From the IMG/VR virus record IMGVR_UViG_3300037104_000199, positions 1 to 53,148 of that record: 53,148 nucleotides of DNA, one strand, 5' to 3'. Each line of letters opens with the position of its first letter. Positions within the stretch are counted from its first letter, which is position 1. Of this stretch, positions 35,159 through 44,025 are shown in pieces. The notes under the pieces are model-generated. The model had not been told where the DNA came from. It did no database searches and was given only the letters and a program-made list of their open reading frames with translations. A program made the position numbers and the translations under genes. The stretch comes from a virus. Lineage: Duplodnaviria; Caudoviricetes.

Positions 35159-36040
35159 ATTCTTAATATAGATGAACTTCTAAAAGGAATAAAAGCTGCT
35201 AATTTAGCTCGTGAAAGCAGCCAGTTAGGTTTATACACCCCCAAGAGCTTTGCGGAATATGTGGGGCAGCAATCTAACAAAAAAGTACTCTCAATAATTG
35301 TAGAAGCAGCTAAGAAAGAGTACAGGCCCTTACCTAACCTCTTATTTACTGGTCCTGCTGGAACAGGTAAGACTACCTTAGCTAAGCTAACTGCTCAGTT
35401 ATATACTGGGGGCGCAAATATAGAACTCATAGATGGGCAAAGCGTAAACGTAAGGCCCCCAACTAGGGGAACAATACTTATAGATGAGATACATAATGTT
35501 GATCCTAAGGTGTGCGACACACTAAATACTTATATGGATAGCGGGGAGTTACACCTTGTAGGAGCCACCACAGACGCCGGAAAGCTACCATCAGCGTTCA
35601 GAAGTAGGTTTCGTGTAATAACACTGCTCGAATATTCTATTAATGAATTAGCGGGCATATTAGAGCAAGTTGTACATAGAAAAGGATTCACAATAACTAA
35701 ACCCTTATGTATTGAAATAGCTAAAAGGTCTAGACGAAACCCTAGAGCAGGGCTGTCCTACCTGTCTTTCATATTTGACACTATGGTTGTTAATAACCAA
35801 CGCAACGTAACAGTTTCAATATTGAATAACGCTTGGACTGTGTTAGATATAGATGACAAAGGACTTACTAGAACAGACTATAAGTACCTTGAAGCTATTC
35901 CTAATGATAGGGCTGTAGGATTACAATTTATTAGTGCCAAAATTGGCGTGGACACAAGTACAATTTTGGAAGAGGTCGAGCCTTTCTTATTGAGGGAAGG
36001 GCGCATAGATAGAACAAACAAGGGAAGGATTAAACTTTGA
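35159..36040 (+). CDS. ruvB: RuvB-like Holliday junction branch-migration ATPase
   Basis: PKSFAEYVGQ, GPAGTGKTTLA, IDEIH, VGATT.AG.L..FRSRF, NPR, EVEPFLL..I.RT.KGR; start placed at ATT 35159 by inference (track starts at 35261). Confidence 0.88.
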   Translation: MLNIDELLKGIKAANLARESSQLGLYTPKSFAEYVGQQSNKKVLSIIVEAAKKEYRPLPNLLFTGPAGTGKTTLAKLTAQLYTGGANIELIDGQSVNVRPPTRGTILIDEIHNVDPKVCDTLNTYMDSGELHLVGATTDAGKLPSAFRSRFRVITLLEYSINELAGILEQVVHRKGFTITKPLCIEIAKRSRRNPRAGLSYLSFIFDTMVVNNQRNVTVSILNNAWTVLDIDDKGLTRTDYKYLEAIPNDRAVGLQFISAKIGVDTSTILEEVEPFLLREGRIDRTNKGRIKL

Positions 36041-36228
36041 TGGAATATACTAAGAGCGTGGAAATAGCTCATCGCATACAGGCACTCTTAGGTGTTAACT
36101 CTGGCTCTATGGGGGATATGTGCGCGCAAGATGTTCCTCTAGGGGATATCATTGCTGTGGTATCTGAAACTGAGGACCAGGGTTTGAAAAAAGCTATTGA
36201 TATGGAACTTGAAAGGTGGATTGATTAA
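36037..36228 (+). CDS. hypothetical protein
   Basis: Coupled to ruvB. Confidence 0.5.
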   Translation: MMEYTKSVEIAHRIQALLGVNSGSMGDMCAQDVPLGDIIAVVSETEDQGLKKAIDMELERWID

Positions 36229-36489
36229 TTGATAGATGATTTAGATAATACTGAAGGTCGGTTTACATTACACTGGGCTGATACCCCAACAATGTTCTTT
36301 CCGAAGTGCTTCGTGTGCGGTGAGCAAGTAGATTTTACCTGGGGCGCGCATTATGTAACCCTTACACCAACAGGTAATAAGGGTATATCAATTCATAGTG
36401 ATTGTTTTAGTAATCTTGTAGACTCTTCAATAAACTTTAGAGAATTCTTTATGAACGATGAAGTTGATGAAGAAGCTATTACACACTAG
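36229..36489 (+). CDS. hypothetical protein
   Basis: CFVC..HSDC. Confidence 0.5.
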   Translation: MIDDLDNTEGRFTLHWADTPTMFFPKCFVCGEQVDFTWGAHYVTLTPTGNKGISIHSDCFSNLVDSSINFREFFMNDEVDEEAITH

Positions 36490-36502
36490 AAAGGAAAAGA
36501 TA

Positions 36503-36730
36503 ATGAAACTGTGGTTACTAGGTAGAATATGGGATAAGGGACCTTATATGGACTATAATAATGGGTTTGTAATACGCGCCCAAACTGAGCAAATAGCTAG
36601 GATACTAGCATCTAGGGAAGCAGCCGATGAAGGCCCTGAGATGTGGCTTCTCAATACACACTCCTACTGTGTAGAAATACCTGTATGGGGTAATGAGGAA
36701 GTTATTCTAAAAGATTTTAATGCTGGATAA
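36503..36730 (+). CDS. hypothetical phage protein
   Basis: AAGGA RBS; GFVIRA..E..AR..DFNAG pattern. Confidence 0.65.
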   Translation: MKLWLLGRIWDKGPYMDYNNGFVIRAQTEQIARILASREAADEGPEMWLLNTHSYCVEIPVWGNEEVILKDFNAG

Positions 36731-36745
36731 TTAAACTAAAAAATT

Positions 36746-36779
36746 AGGGAGCAGAAATTAATCTGCTCCCTTTTTCTTT
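36746..36779 (+). terminator. intrinsic terminator
   Basis: AGGGAGCAGA-AATTAA-TCTGCTCCCT followed by a T-tract. Confidence 0.85.
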
Positions 36780-36799
36780 GCCTATCACGAACTTAAGCA

Positions 36800-37545
36800 A
36801 TTTATTTTATTGCTGAACTTTAGCAGTAGTACATTCTATAGGCTCTATCTATTAGGACACTCACGGTTTGTGTCCTCGCTCGCTGGCATCCCGACGATTG
36901 CCCCAACCGTATCCAGCTTATGCAAGTGGCTACTCACGTATTGTAGCTATCCCCTAGACACCACGACGACTGAGAATCCCCAATCGTATCCTAGTAGGGT
37001 TTATTTTAGGGCCTCACGCATTATTCCCGTCGCCAAGCATTGTGACCTACAGGCTGTTCCTACACTCCCTAGGGTGGTCCCGACAGTTGTTCTATAGGTA
37101 TCTTGGTAAAAGTTGGGGCAGGAATCGAACCTGCGTCATTGTCATACACCCCTGATCAAGAGGATTCATCCAGTGGTCAATCCAGCACTCAGCATCTAGA
37201 AGCTGTGCGCCATCCTTGCCATCCCAACGTATTTGGTGGGCTACCATTTATTACGCGCCGTAGCCCAAAGCGCAAGGGCCAAGACTGCCATCTTGGAAAT
37301 ATGGATCGCTGTTACCCCGACCCGGACCCCAACCCAGACTAAGACCTTTAATGTCTGCTTAGTCCAACTACGACAAGGTGCCAAGTAGGTCGCTCCTACT
37401 ACCCGCAACCCCTATTTAGTTGGTCCGTCTTTTGGTTGAGTGGACCAGTCTCTAGCGCGCTATCCCTGGCGCGGGGCAAGAAGAACCTAACCTCACTATT
37501 CCCCCAACTGAAGGCGTCAAACGCTCTGAAAGGTTCTTCTTACAA
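36800..37545 (-). ncRNA. candidate structured ncRNA cluster with tRNA-like elements
   Basis: About 750 bp, GC-richer, no credible ORF; 13-bp stem, perfect T-arm GCAGG-TTCGATT-CCTGC, two ACCA-terminated stems. Confidence 0.6.
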
Positions 37546-37666
37546 CTACTTTTTCTTAGGTGGTAATTCCCCCGGAGTATCCTTAAGGCGCTCAATAATC
37601 TTTTGAGTATCCTTAAGTTTCTCTTTCCATAATGGACCCGGATTTTTCTCTATGATAGTCTTTGGC

Positions 37667-38044
37667 TTAGTCAATAGAATCAACTCCTAAATAGTTTATT
37701 GCCCGAAACATTATGACTTGGGAATCCCTAAAGTTACCTAGACCTATGTTACAGTGAGAACACAATATACCTCGTACACACTTACCACAAGACCTTTTAC
37801 CTGGGCAGCATGCCCAATCATGGTCTATACAGGAAGTCTTTAGAGTTATAGGAAGTCTACATATAGCACAACAACTATCCTGACTTAGTAATCTTTCCTC
37901 TAACTGCTCTACAGTCATAGAGAATTGCCTAGCCCTATCACGTAACCTAAAGGTCTTTCCATAGATAGACTTACTTTCTCTAAGTTCCTCTACATGCTCC
38001 TCACGATACTTCTTGTTGTAACAAAACTCACAAAGGTCCCACAA
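37667..38044 (-). CDS. endonuclease VII-family protein
   Basis: Q...CAIC..IDHDW.CC..VRGILCSHCNIGLG.F.D. Confidence 0.88.
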   Translation of the reverse strand: MWDLCEFCYNKKYREEHVEELRESKSIYGKTFRLRDRARQFSMTVEQLEERLLSQDSCCAICRLPITLKTSCIDHDWACCPGKRSCGKCVRGILCSHCNIGLGNFRDSQVIMFRAINYLGVDSID

Positions 38045-38099
38045 AACCTAGGACTGTGACCACACAAAGTTTCAGTATTCTGTAAATTAGGTCTACCCA

Positions 38100-39116
38100 T
38101 TAAAGAAGTATCTCTCTGGTAGAGTTAAACACTGTCCGACCATTTACCTGCTCTAGGTGAACACAACCAAGCATCGGAGGGCGCATAACGGCTGATGCTT
38201 CAGTCGTGTAGTCCAACTCTGCGCAAAGGGCTCCGCATTCCATTAGCTTTAGGTCCTCTCGATAAACAGAACTCACTTGATGTGTGTGGCTTTGGATTAT
38301 ACACCGTATGTTATCCATTTTCAAGCGTTTGGACCACCCTTTTTGTAGGAAATACTCAGCAGTAAGTATTGGGGGTCGGCCCTCAACAGTACTGGATCGT
38401 TCTGCGTGAGCTATTAGGCAGTCTCCTACCTGCATGTACCAATTGTCAACCCAATGGACGTTAGGAAAGGGGCGCGTAAGCATTTCTAGTGCCTCCGCAT
38501 CCTCTAACAGCCAGAACAATTCTGCTGGTACTATATCCTTAAGACGCTTGGAAGCTCTAATGTCGTGATTACCGGGCATAACATACACATCCGGAAAGGT
38601 TCTAGATAAGTACTCTAGAATTCTTACACAATTGTCATACTCAACTAAAGCAGGAACATACTTCCTCTTCCTCCAACGGGAGGTGTTGTACATTTCTAAT
38701 AAATCACCCGCTACAAATACTGCATCAGCATTTCTATTTAAGTCTATGGCTTTCTGTAGGGCCACTTCATTTTGGAATGGTACATGAAGATCACTGATAA
38801 CCAAAAAAGATTGTTTGGCTTTCTCCGGGGTAAAGGTCTTATCAACTATTTTCACTCCCTTTATATACTCTCTGTACTTATCAAAGTATGGCATTATCTG
38901 AGCTACTGGACTTTGTGATAAATATGTAGCCTTATCTTTTGCCCTAACTATCGCGCCCTTAATCATATCCCTTGTAATCTCAAAGGGAAATTCCTTAGGA
39001 TACTCTAACTGAATTTGTTTAGCTATTTCTGGCTGAGTCATATGCCCTAAGGCATCTAACTCTATGAGTCGCTTCTGTATGTCCGGACGCTCATTCCAGT
39101 TAATTTTATCTAACAA
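38100..39116 (-). CDS. calcineurin-like metallophosphoesterase with N-terminal HTH-like region
   Basis: ISDLHVP, AGDLLE, PGNHD, AH, SHTH. Confidence 0.85.
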   Translation of the reverse strand: MLDKINWNERPDIQKRLIELDALGHMTQPEIAKQIQLEYPKEFPFEITRDMIKGAIVRAKDKATYLSQSPVAQIMPYFDKYREYIKGVKIVDKTFTPEKAKQSFLVISDLHVPFQNEVALQKAIDLNRNADAVFVAGDLLEMYNTSRWRKRKYVPALVEYDNCVRILEYLSRTFPDVYVMPGNHDIRASKRLKDIVPAELFWLLEDAEALEMLTRPFPNVHWVDNWYMQVGDCLIAHAERSSTVEGRPPILTAEYFLQKGWSKRLKMDNIRCIIQSHTHQVSSVYREDLKLMECGALCAELDYTTEASAVMRPPMLGCVHLEQVNGRTVFNSTREILL

Positions 39117-39127
39117 AAGATCACTCC

Positions 39128-39343
39128 TTATCGGTACTTGTTATAGCGATTTTCAAGCAAACCTTCTAAACTTGTATCATTGGATTCTCTGATTTTTCTT
39201 CTGCGTTCTTTTTGTGCCGCATTTTTAATTACCCTTACCCAAGGTTTCTTACCTTTAATGTCTTCTTTATTTTCTCTATAGCAGAGGGAGCAGAACTCCA
39301 AACCCCCTAGTGTAGAGCCCTCGCAGATAGTGCAACAACCCAT
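39128..39343 (-). CDS. small Cys-containing hypothetical protein
   Basis: CTIC..CSLC; TAATG coupling. Confidence 0.55.
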   Translation of the reverse strand: MGCCTICEGSTLGGLEFCSLCYRENKEDIKGKKPWVRVIKNAAQKERRRKIRESNDTSLEGLLENRYNKYR

Positions 39344-39609
39344 TATGCCCTCACCAACTCAATGATCCTTCGCGCGCCAAACAAGTGATTCTTAGCTTGG
39401 CACCCAGGCACACCACAAAAGATGCGGAGTTCTTCTGCTACCTGCCACTCTAGAGCAGTATACTCTAGTTTCTTGGTGGACGCAACTGGTATTTCAACAG
39501 GGGTAAGTTTTTCCTCCCCCCGAGGACCAGGGTTGGTAGGCATCTTTGTGAAGGCTGCTCCCATTGTTCTAAAGTTAGTCTTATTCTTTGATCCTAAGGG
39601 TCTACCCAT
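39343..39609 (-). CDS. hypothetical protein with GRP..SKNK (AT-hook-like) N-terminus
   Basis: MGRPLGSKNK. Confidence 0.55.
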   Translation of the reverse strand: MGRPLGSKNKTNFRTMGAAFTKMPTNPGPRGEEKLTPVEIPVASTKKLEYTALEWQVAEELRIFCGVPGCQAKNHLFGARRIIELVRA

Positions 39610-39823
39610 CAGTCTTCGGCTTCCTTTTATTTCGGATACAGTTTGAACATCGTGCGTTTTCTATGAAAGGTATGTCTTTCTTAGGTACATAAATTTCTAC
39701 ACGACATACATCACAAAGAATCTTATACTTTTGCTTAGTCTTTTTGTTTGTTGCGCCCTTAACTACTTCTGTAACTTGGGGCACAAATAACCCAGAGTCA
39801 TTCTTTACTAATAGTTTATCCAT
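39602..39823 (-). CDS. small zinc-ribbon protein
   Basis: CDVC..CSNC. Confidence 0.55.
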   Translation of the reverse strand: MDKLLVKNDSGLFVPQVTEVVKGATNKKTKQKYKILCDVCRVEIYVPKKDIPFIENARCSNCIRNKRKPKTDG

Positions 39824-40312
39824 TTATATCCTTTCCCATTTTTGGATGGCTGAATCTATCTCCAAATCGCTTAAAATGTAGGGTTCTGGTCTACCCATTT
39901 TGCGCGCAATCATTTTGAACACACGCTCGTCTGAATATTCGAAGCCTAAGTATTTCTGTATCTTTATATAAGCTTTACCTAATTTTTCGGATACTCTTCT
40001 CTGGTCCACCCACAGGTCATTTTCGTCATACAAGAGAACAGCTATATCCTGGCGCGAAAGTCTACCGTCCATCTTTACATACTCTAGCATAAGTACTTCC
40101 ATATCTGAAAGCTTACCTTCTTTATGCAAGACACTTATAGCTTTCTCTATATCCATCTTTGCTGTTAGATCAACATTAACGGTAGGTGTGGCGTCGTAAC
40201 CTCTTACTGCCCCCAAGCTTACGGCTCGATAAGGAGAGTAAGATGACAGACCTTCCGTTAGCAAACGTATTAAATGGGCGCTTCTCTTTCTCAATATTAA
40301 GTTCCCCCACAA
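39824..40312 (-). CDS. sigma-region-4-like HTH transcription regulator
   Basis: MDIEKAI..LSDME...L..SRQDIA..VSEKL.KAY.KI..YL pattern. Confidence 0.55.
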   Translation of the reverse strand: MWGNLILRKRSAHLIRLLTEGLSSYSPYRAVSLGAVRGYDATPTVNVDLTAKMDIEKAISVLHKEGKLSDMEVLMLEYVKMDGRLSRQDIAVLLYDENDLWVDQRRVSEKLGKAYIKIQKYLGFEYSDERVFKMIARKMGRPEPYILSDLEIDSAIQKWERI

Positions 40313-40366
40313 AGTATTAATGTTTCTTAGTGCCCAACTTGGGAACCTTATGGAATTATAACAGAG

Positions 40367-40900
40367 TTACTCAGAATTGTCAACTACTATTCTATCTAGT
40401 ACCTTTTTTGTTGCTTCAAGGTTGTTATGGGTAATTGAGTAACTAACCTTGTAAGGCATCATCTTTCCTGGGTATGCTTCTTGTAGAAGTATTGTTCCAT
40501 CTAAAGGAGTTTGACCCTCTCTCTTGGCCGCAATAATCTTACCTTTGTTACCCTTTACATTAGTACTTACTATACGAATAATTTTAAAGCCCCGCTCTGT
40601 GAGTAACTTAGCCTCGCTGCTGTATCTAATATCCGTCAAGATTATGTCATTGGTAGCTTTAGATAGCCTATAGTCTAGGTACTTTACCCACACTGTAGGA
40701 TCAACACTATAAAGAGCATCATACATAGCATACTGTTGGTGCCATCTGAGAGCTTGGTATCCGCCTACAAAGTATAAGCTTCTTACTACCCTATGGATAC
40801 CGTCTAGCATAGACATTTTAGTAAAACCTTTATCTGTAACTAAATATCGCGCCAAAATTATTACATCTTTGGTATCATTACCTATAAAAGCTATCTTCAT
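40367..40900 (-). CDS. dNMP kinase-like protein with degenerate P-loop
   Basis: WV..L..ILTDIRY..E...L...GFKIIRI, but no GK[ST]. Confidence 0.65.
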   Translation of the reverse strand: MKIAFIGNDTKDVIILARYLVTDKGFTKMSMLDGIHRVVRSLYFVGGYQALRWHQQYAMYDALYSVDPTVWVKYLDYRLSKATNDIILTDIRYSSEAKLLTERGFKIIRIVSTNVKGNKGKIIAAKREGQTPLDGTILLQEAYPGKMMPYKVSYSITHNNLEATKKVLDRIVVDNSE

Positions 40901-41030
40901 TTCTCTAAATCCTGAATAACCCCCTCTAAAGAGAGATTAACCCACTTCGCAAGGGTAGGCATTACTCTCCAAAGAAACCAACATTCTGCTATAAATAGGG
41001 GCACTATAAATAAGAACCCAATAATGCCTA

Positions 41031-41600
41031 TCAATACGAGCCCTTCCTAAACATTATTATTTCATCTAGGTCTTCTTGTGTCTTGCGCCCCTCACCACTG
41101 ATCGTAAAGTCAGGCACAATCTCTAGCCATTCTTTCTCGCTCGCGTGTTCATGAGCCTCTGCCTGTGTATCAGGATAGAGCTTAGTAACACGAGCCATTC
41201 TCACACTCTCTGGGGTATCTATCCTAATAATAGTGAACCCATTTTCGCGCAATATATCTGCCTCATGTATAAATCTAAGATCATCTATAACAAACTTCTC
41301 AATACCATAAGTCTGAGACTTAGCGATTTCTTCTAAGGTAGTTTCGATCCAAACATCAGGTCGCCAACGCTTACAATCAGCCGAGAATTGCTGTAAAACT
41401 TGGCGCGTAAGATTATTCTTTACAGTAACATTAATATCTAAGAGTTCTGAAACTACACTTTTAAGTTTATCTGCAAAAGCAAATTGAACATACCCATACT
41501 CGCGCATAAGTATGCCAGAGGCATAGCTTTTCCCAGAAGTCATTGGGCCGCATAAAGCAATTCTATCTAATTTATTTGTAGGTTCATCTAAGTACTTCAT
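41031..41600 (-). CDS. deoxynucleoside monophosphate kinase
   Basis: GPMTSGKS, FADKLK, RQVLQ, DDLRF.HE, HASE. Confidence 0.88.
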   Translation of the reverse strand: MKYLDEPTNKLDRIALCGPMTSGKSYASGILMREYGYVQFAFADKLKSVVSELLDINVTVKNNLTRQVLQQFSADCKRWRPDVWIETTLEEIAKSQTYGIEKFVIDDLRFIHEADILRENGFTIIRIDTPESVRMARVTKLYPDTQAEAHEHASEKEWLEIVPDFTISGEGRKTQEDLDEIIMFRKGSY

Positions 41601-41606
41601 AAACTC

Positions 41607-42116
41607 CTACCATCTTGTATCTCTCCAAGCCAATAACCATTCAAGATTCCCTTCCTTTTCTACTATACCTACAAAAGTATTATGGGTTCTACATAAAATA
41701 CCCCTATTACACTTCCCACAGGCTTTTTCTGTGGGGCAGCATCTGCGATCATGGTCTACAGATAAGTTATCCCCACTACCAGACTCTATCTCCCTGAGGC
41801 ACCCAGGAAAGGCGCAATGCCCTCCTTGTTCAGCTAGTTTCTCATCAAACTGATCTAGAGTAAGACTAAACTTTGAGGATAGGCTATGCTTCCTTCTGAT
41901 TTCCCTAGTTTTAGGCAATTTCTCACGCTCCCTTTCACGCACACGTATGTACCCCCTAGTACTCTTTATAGGGTCTGGCCCCTTCCTTATTTGAGAGATA
42001 TCTTTTCCTACAGACTTAGCATACCTTATCTGGTTCCTTATACGTATTTTGTCCTTGTTATCTATATGATACTGATGATCATATGCTACCTGGTCTTCTT
42101 TATTTTTGTAAGGCAT
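41607..42116 (-). CDS. endonuclease VII-family homing endonuclease
   Basis: QGGHCA..LSVDHD..CC..RGILC..HN; start MPYKNK. Confidence 0.85.
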   Translation of the reverse strand: MPYKNKEDQVAYDHQYHIDNKDKIRIRNQIRYAKSVGKDISQIRKGPDPIKSTRGYIRVREREREKLPKTREIRRKHSLSSKFSLTLDQFDEKLAEQGGHCAFPGCLREIESGSGDNLSVDHDRRCCPTEKACGKCNRGILCRTHNTFVGIVEKEGNLEWLLAWRDTRW

Positions 42117-42912
42117 CCTCGCTCCATTGGAAGTCCACTTTAGCAATAAGCCTTTTCTCTAAAAGGCGATCCCCGCACACGCCGCTCTTGTTACCCCACC
42201 CTTCTGAAAAATCGCACCAGGCGCACACCGCTTCGTTGTACACTCTGTGCCGTATCTTGTTTTCGCGCATAAATACTATATTCTTAATTGCTACCTTAAC
42301 TTCATCAATATCTTCCTGAGTTCTCACAGTATCAAACAAACGGCCTGTTGTCGCCTGGTACCACCTGAGCTTCGTAGGTAATTCTCCGTACAATTCTTGT
42401 ATAGCCATTGCGTAAATTGTGAATTGTTGATTTTTTGACAAAAACCAGGGGTCCGGTGCCTTGGCTCCTGTCTTATAATCCGTTACTTCAAAACCACCTG
42501 GACCCCCGTCAAGGCGGTCAATCTTACCAACAACCTCAATCTCACCAAGCATAAGCCTAAATTCTAGCTCTGACTCTAAAGGTTCGGGTGATAGGGTACC
42601 TTCTTCTAAAACATTATCGTACACGGTTAGCAGACCTACCAAATCTGATTCCATTTTCTTAATTTCAGGGTAGCCTATAAATATATCTTCGTCTACTACT
42701 GTTCTATTAAATTCAGATTTGGCTATACTTATTGCTTTAGCTAAATCCCACGCCCCTGCTTTATGTACTAATTCAAGAGCAGTATGAAAAGCAGTGCCCT
42801 TTATAATGTACTTTGTTGGGGGACTCTTTATTCCGGCGTCGTAACGAAGGAAGTTTGCCATGGGGCAGGCCATGGTATTTATGAAACTATATGACAGCCG
42901 ACGACCACTCAA
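42100..42912 (-). CDS. PD-(D/E)XK RecB/Cas4-like exonuclease
   Basis: LSYS..CP, GTAFH, E.EF, GKIDRLD, DYKTG, Q...Y, CAWCDF..C. Confidence 0.88.
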   Translation of the reverse strand: MSGRRLSYSFINTMACPMANFLRYDAGIKSPPTKYIIKGTAFHTALELVHKAGAWDLAKAISIAKSEFNRTVVDEDIFIGYPEIKKMESDLVGLLTVYDNVLEEGTLSPEPLESELEFRLMLGEIEVVGKIDRLDGGPGGFEVTDYKTGAKAPDPWFLSKNQQFTIYAMAIQELYGELPTKLRWYQATTGRLFDTVRTQEDIDEVKVAIKNIVFMRENKIRHRVYNEAVCAWCDFSEGWGNKSGVCGDRLLEKRLIAKVDFQWSEDALQK

Positions 42913-43574
42913 AACATAACCTCATTTCTGTACTCTAAGTGCTTCTCGTCCCTTATTTTTATATAGCAATCTTCACGAAAAGCTAATTCAGCCTCTTCAA
43001 GGGACTCTGCGAAAACCCTCTTTCTAGCAGACTTATGTTGCTGAAACTCTATGCCTATAGAGGCTTGCTCCTTCTTAACTAAAAGGTAAGGTTCCACCAT
43101 TAGCAAAAATCTAAGAGCTAGTTCACTTGCTGCTCTCCAACAGTAAATGAACCTATGATTATTCTCATCCCTAGTATCCAGAGAACCCCCAAAATACTTT
43201 AAAAGTAATTTAATAGGCTCAGGATGCACTTGAACTGCCGAAGTTCCTAAAGTATAAACAGGTGAGACGTGCCCACCCTTTCTATGCGCTTTATTTATCT
43301 GGATACACCCCTCCCCATCAAAAAATCCTGCTAGGTAAATAATAGTATCCCTATCTGGGGTATCAAAGTCCAACTTAACTCCCTTATGTGTTAAATCAAT
43401 AGGGTGTCTATCCCTATAAGCCTTATTTAGACGATCCCTAATTTTTTGTGGGTCCTTAACTTTATTCCTAGATACATTTTCCCTATTACAAGTTAGGCAG
43501 TAGTGTTGCCCCTGAGTACCATACGGAACCTTTGTCTCGTTATGCTTTGAGCATATAAAAAGAGTTTCCTCCAA
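42909..43574 (-). CDS. free-standing LAGLIDADG homing endonuclease
   Basis: YLAGFFDGEGCI..FGG..W..FL..V.PYL.VKK.QA. Confidence 0.88.
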   Translation of the reverse strand: MEETLFICSKHNETKVPYGTQGQHYCLTCNRENVSRNKVKDPQKIRDRLNKAYRDRHPIDLTHKGVKLDFDTPDRDTIIYLAGFFDGEGCIQINKAHRKGGHVSPVYTLGTSAVQVHPEPIKLLLKYFGGSLDTRDENNHRFIYCWRAASELALRFLLMVEPYLLVKKEQASIGIEFQQHKSARKRVFAESLEEAELAFREDCYIKIRDEKHLEYRNEVMF

Positions 43575-43578
43575 AATA

Positions 43579-44025
43579 TTAACTCATTCCTAATGCTGTA
43601 TGTAAGTCCTCTGAAGGTAGGCTGTTTAAGTAATCTAGTATTCTATTTACACAAGCTCTTGCCTGTGGAGAGGTTGAAGGAATTTCATCCGGGATTTTAC
43701 AGCCCGAAATTTCACCCATTGACTTATCTATAATGTTACAAAGTTCCCCGTATACCTCAGCAGTAGCTTCTTCAGCCTTAACTACTTGGCAATAAGCACA
43801 AATACCTTCCTCTTCTGCTAAGAAGTCATTTAGTTCCCCCAAATTATGGGCCAAAGCATCAATAGCTAAAGCCTCAATACACTGAGGGCATAAATTCTCA
43901 ACAGTAATCTTTGCTTGCTTCCAAACTCTTCGCTTTGTATTCTGATCCCAATCCGCCATCGCATCTGAAACTATTTCTGCTACTGTATTAATCTGCTCAT
44001 AAATCCACTTCTTATTCTTGCCCAT
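43579..44025 (-). CDS. hypothetical protein
   Basis: Coupled ORF with CPQC/CAYC. Confidence 0.55.
   Translation of the reverse strand: MGKNKKWIYEQINTVAEIVSDAMADWDQNTKRRVWKQAKITVENLCPQCIEALAIDALAHNLGELNDFLAEEEGICAYCQVVKAEEATAEVYGELCNIIDKSMGEISGCKIPDEIPSTSPQARACVNRILDYLNSLPSEDLHTALGMS

Noticed and set aside
36810-37342. Plus-strand ORFs 36810-37097 and 37103-37342
   Set aside because: They lie after a terminator, lack an RBS, have atypical composition and overlap minus-strand RNA structures.
37104-37510. tmRNA
   Set aside because: GAC plus T-arm is suggestive, but there is no GGGG..GG.TTCGAC 5' end, no G3-U70 acceptor ending CTCCACCA and no evident tag ORF.
42100-42912. Cas4 of a CRISPR adaptation module
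   Set aside because: No cas1/cas2 or array; stand-alone PD-(D/E)XK exonucleases are routine in phage replication regions.
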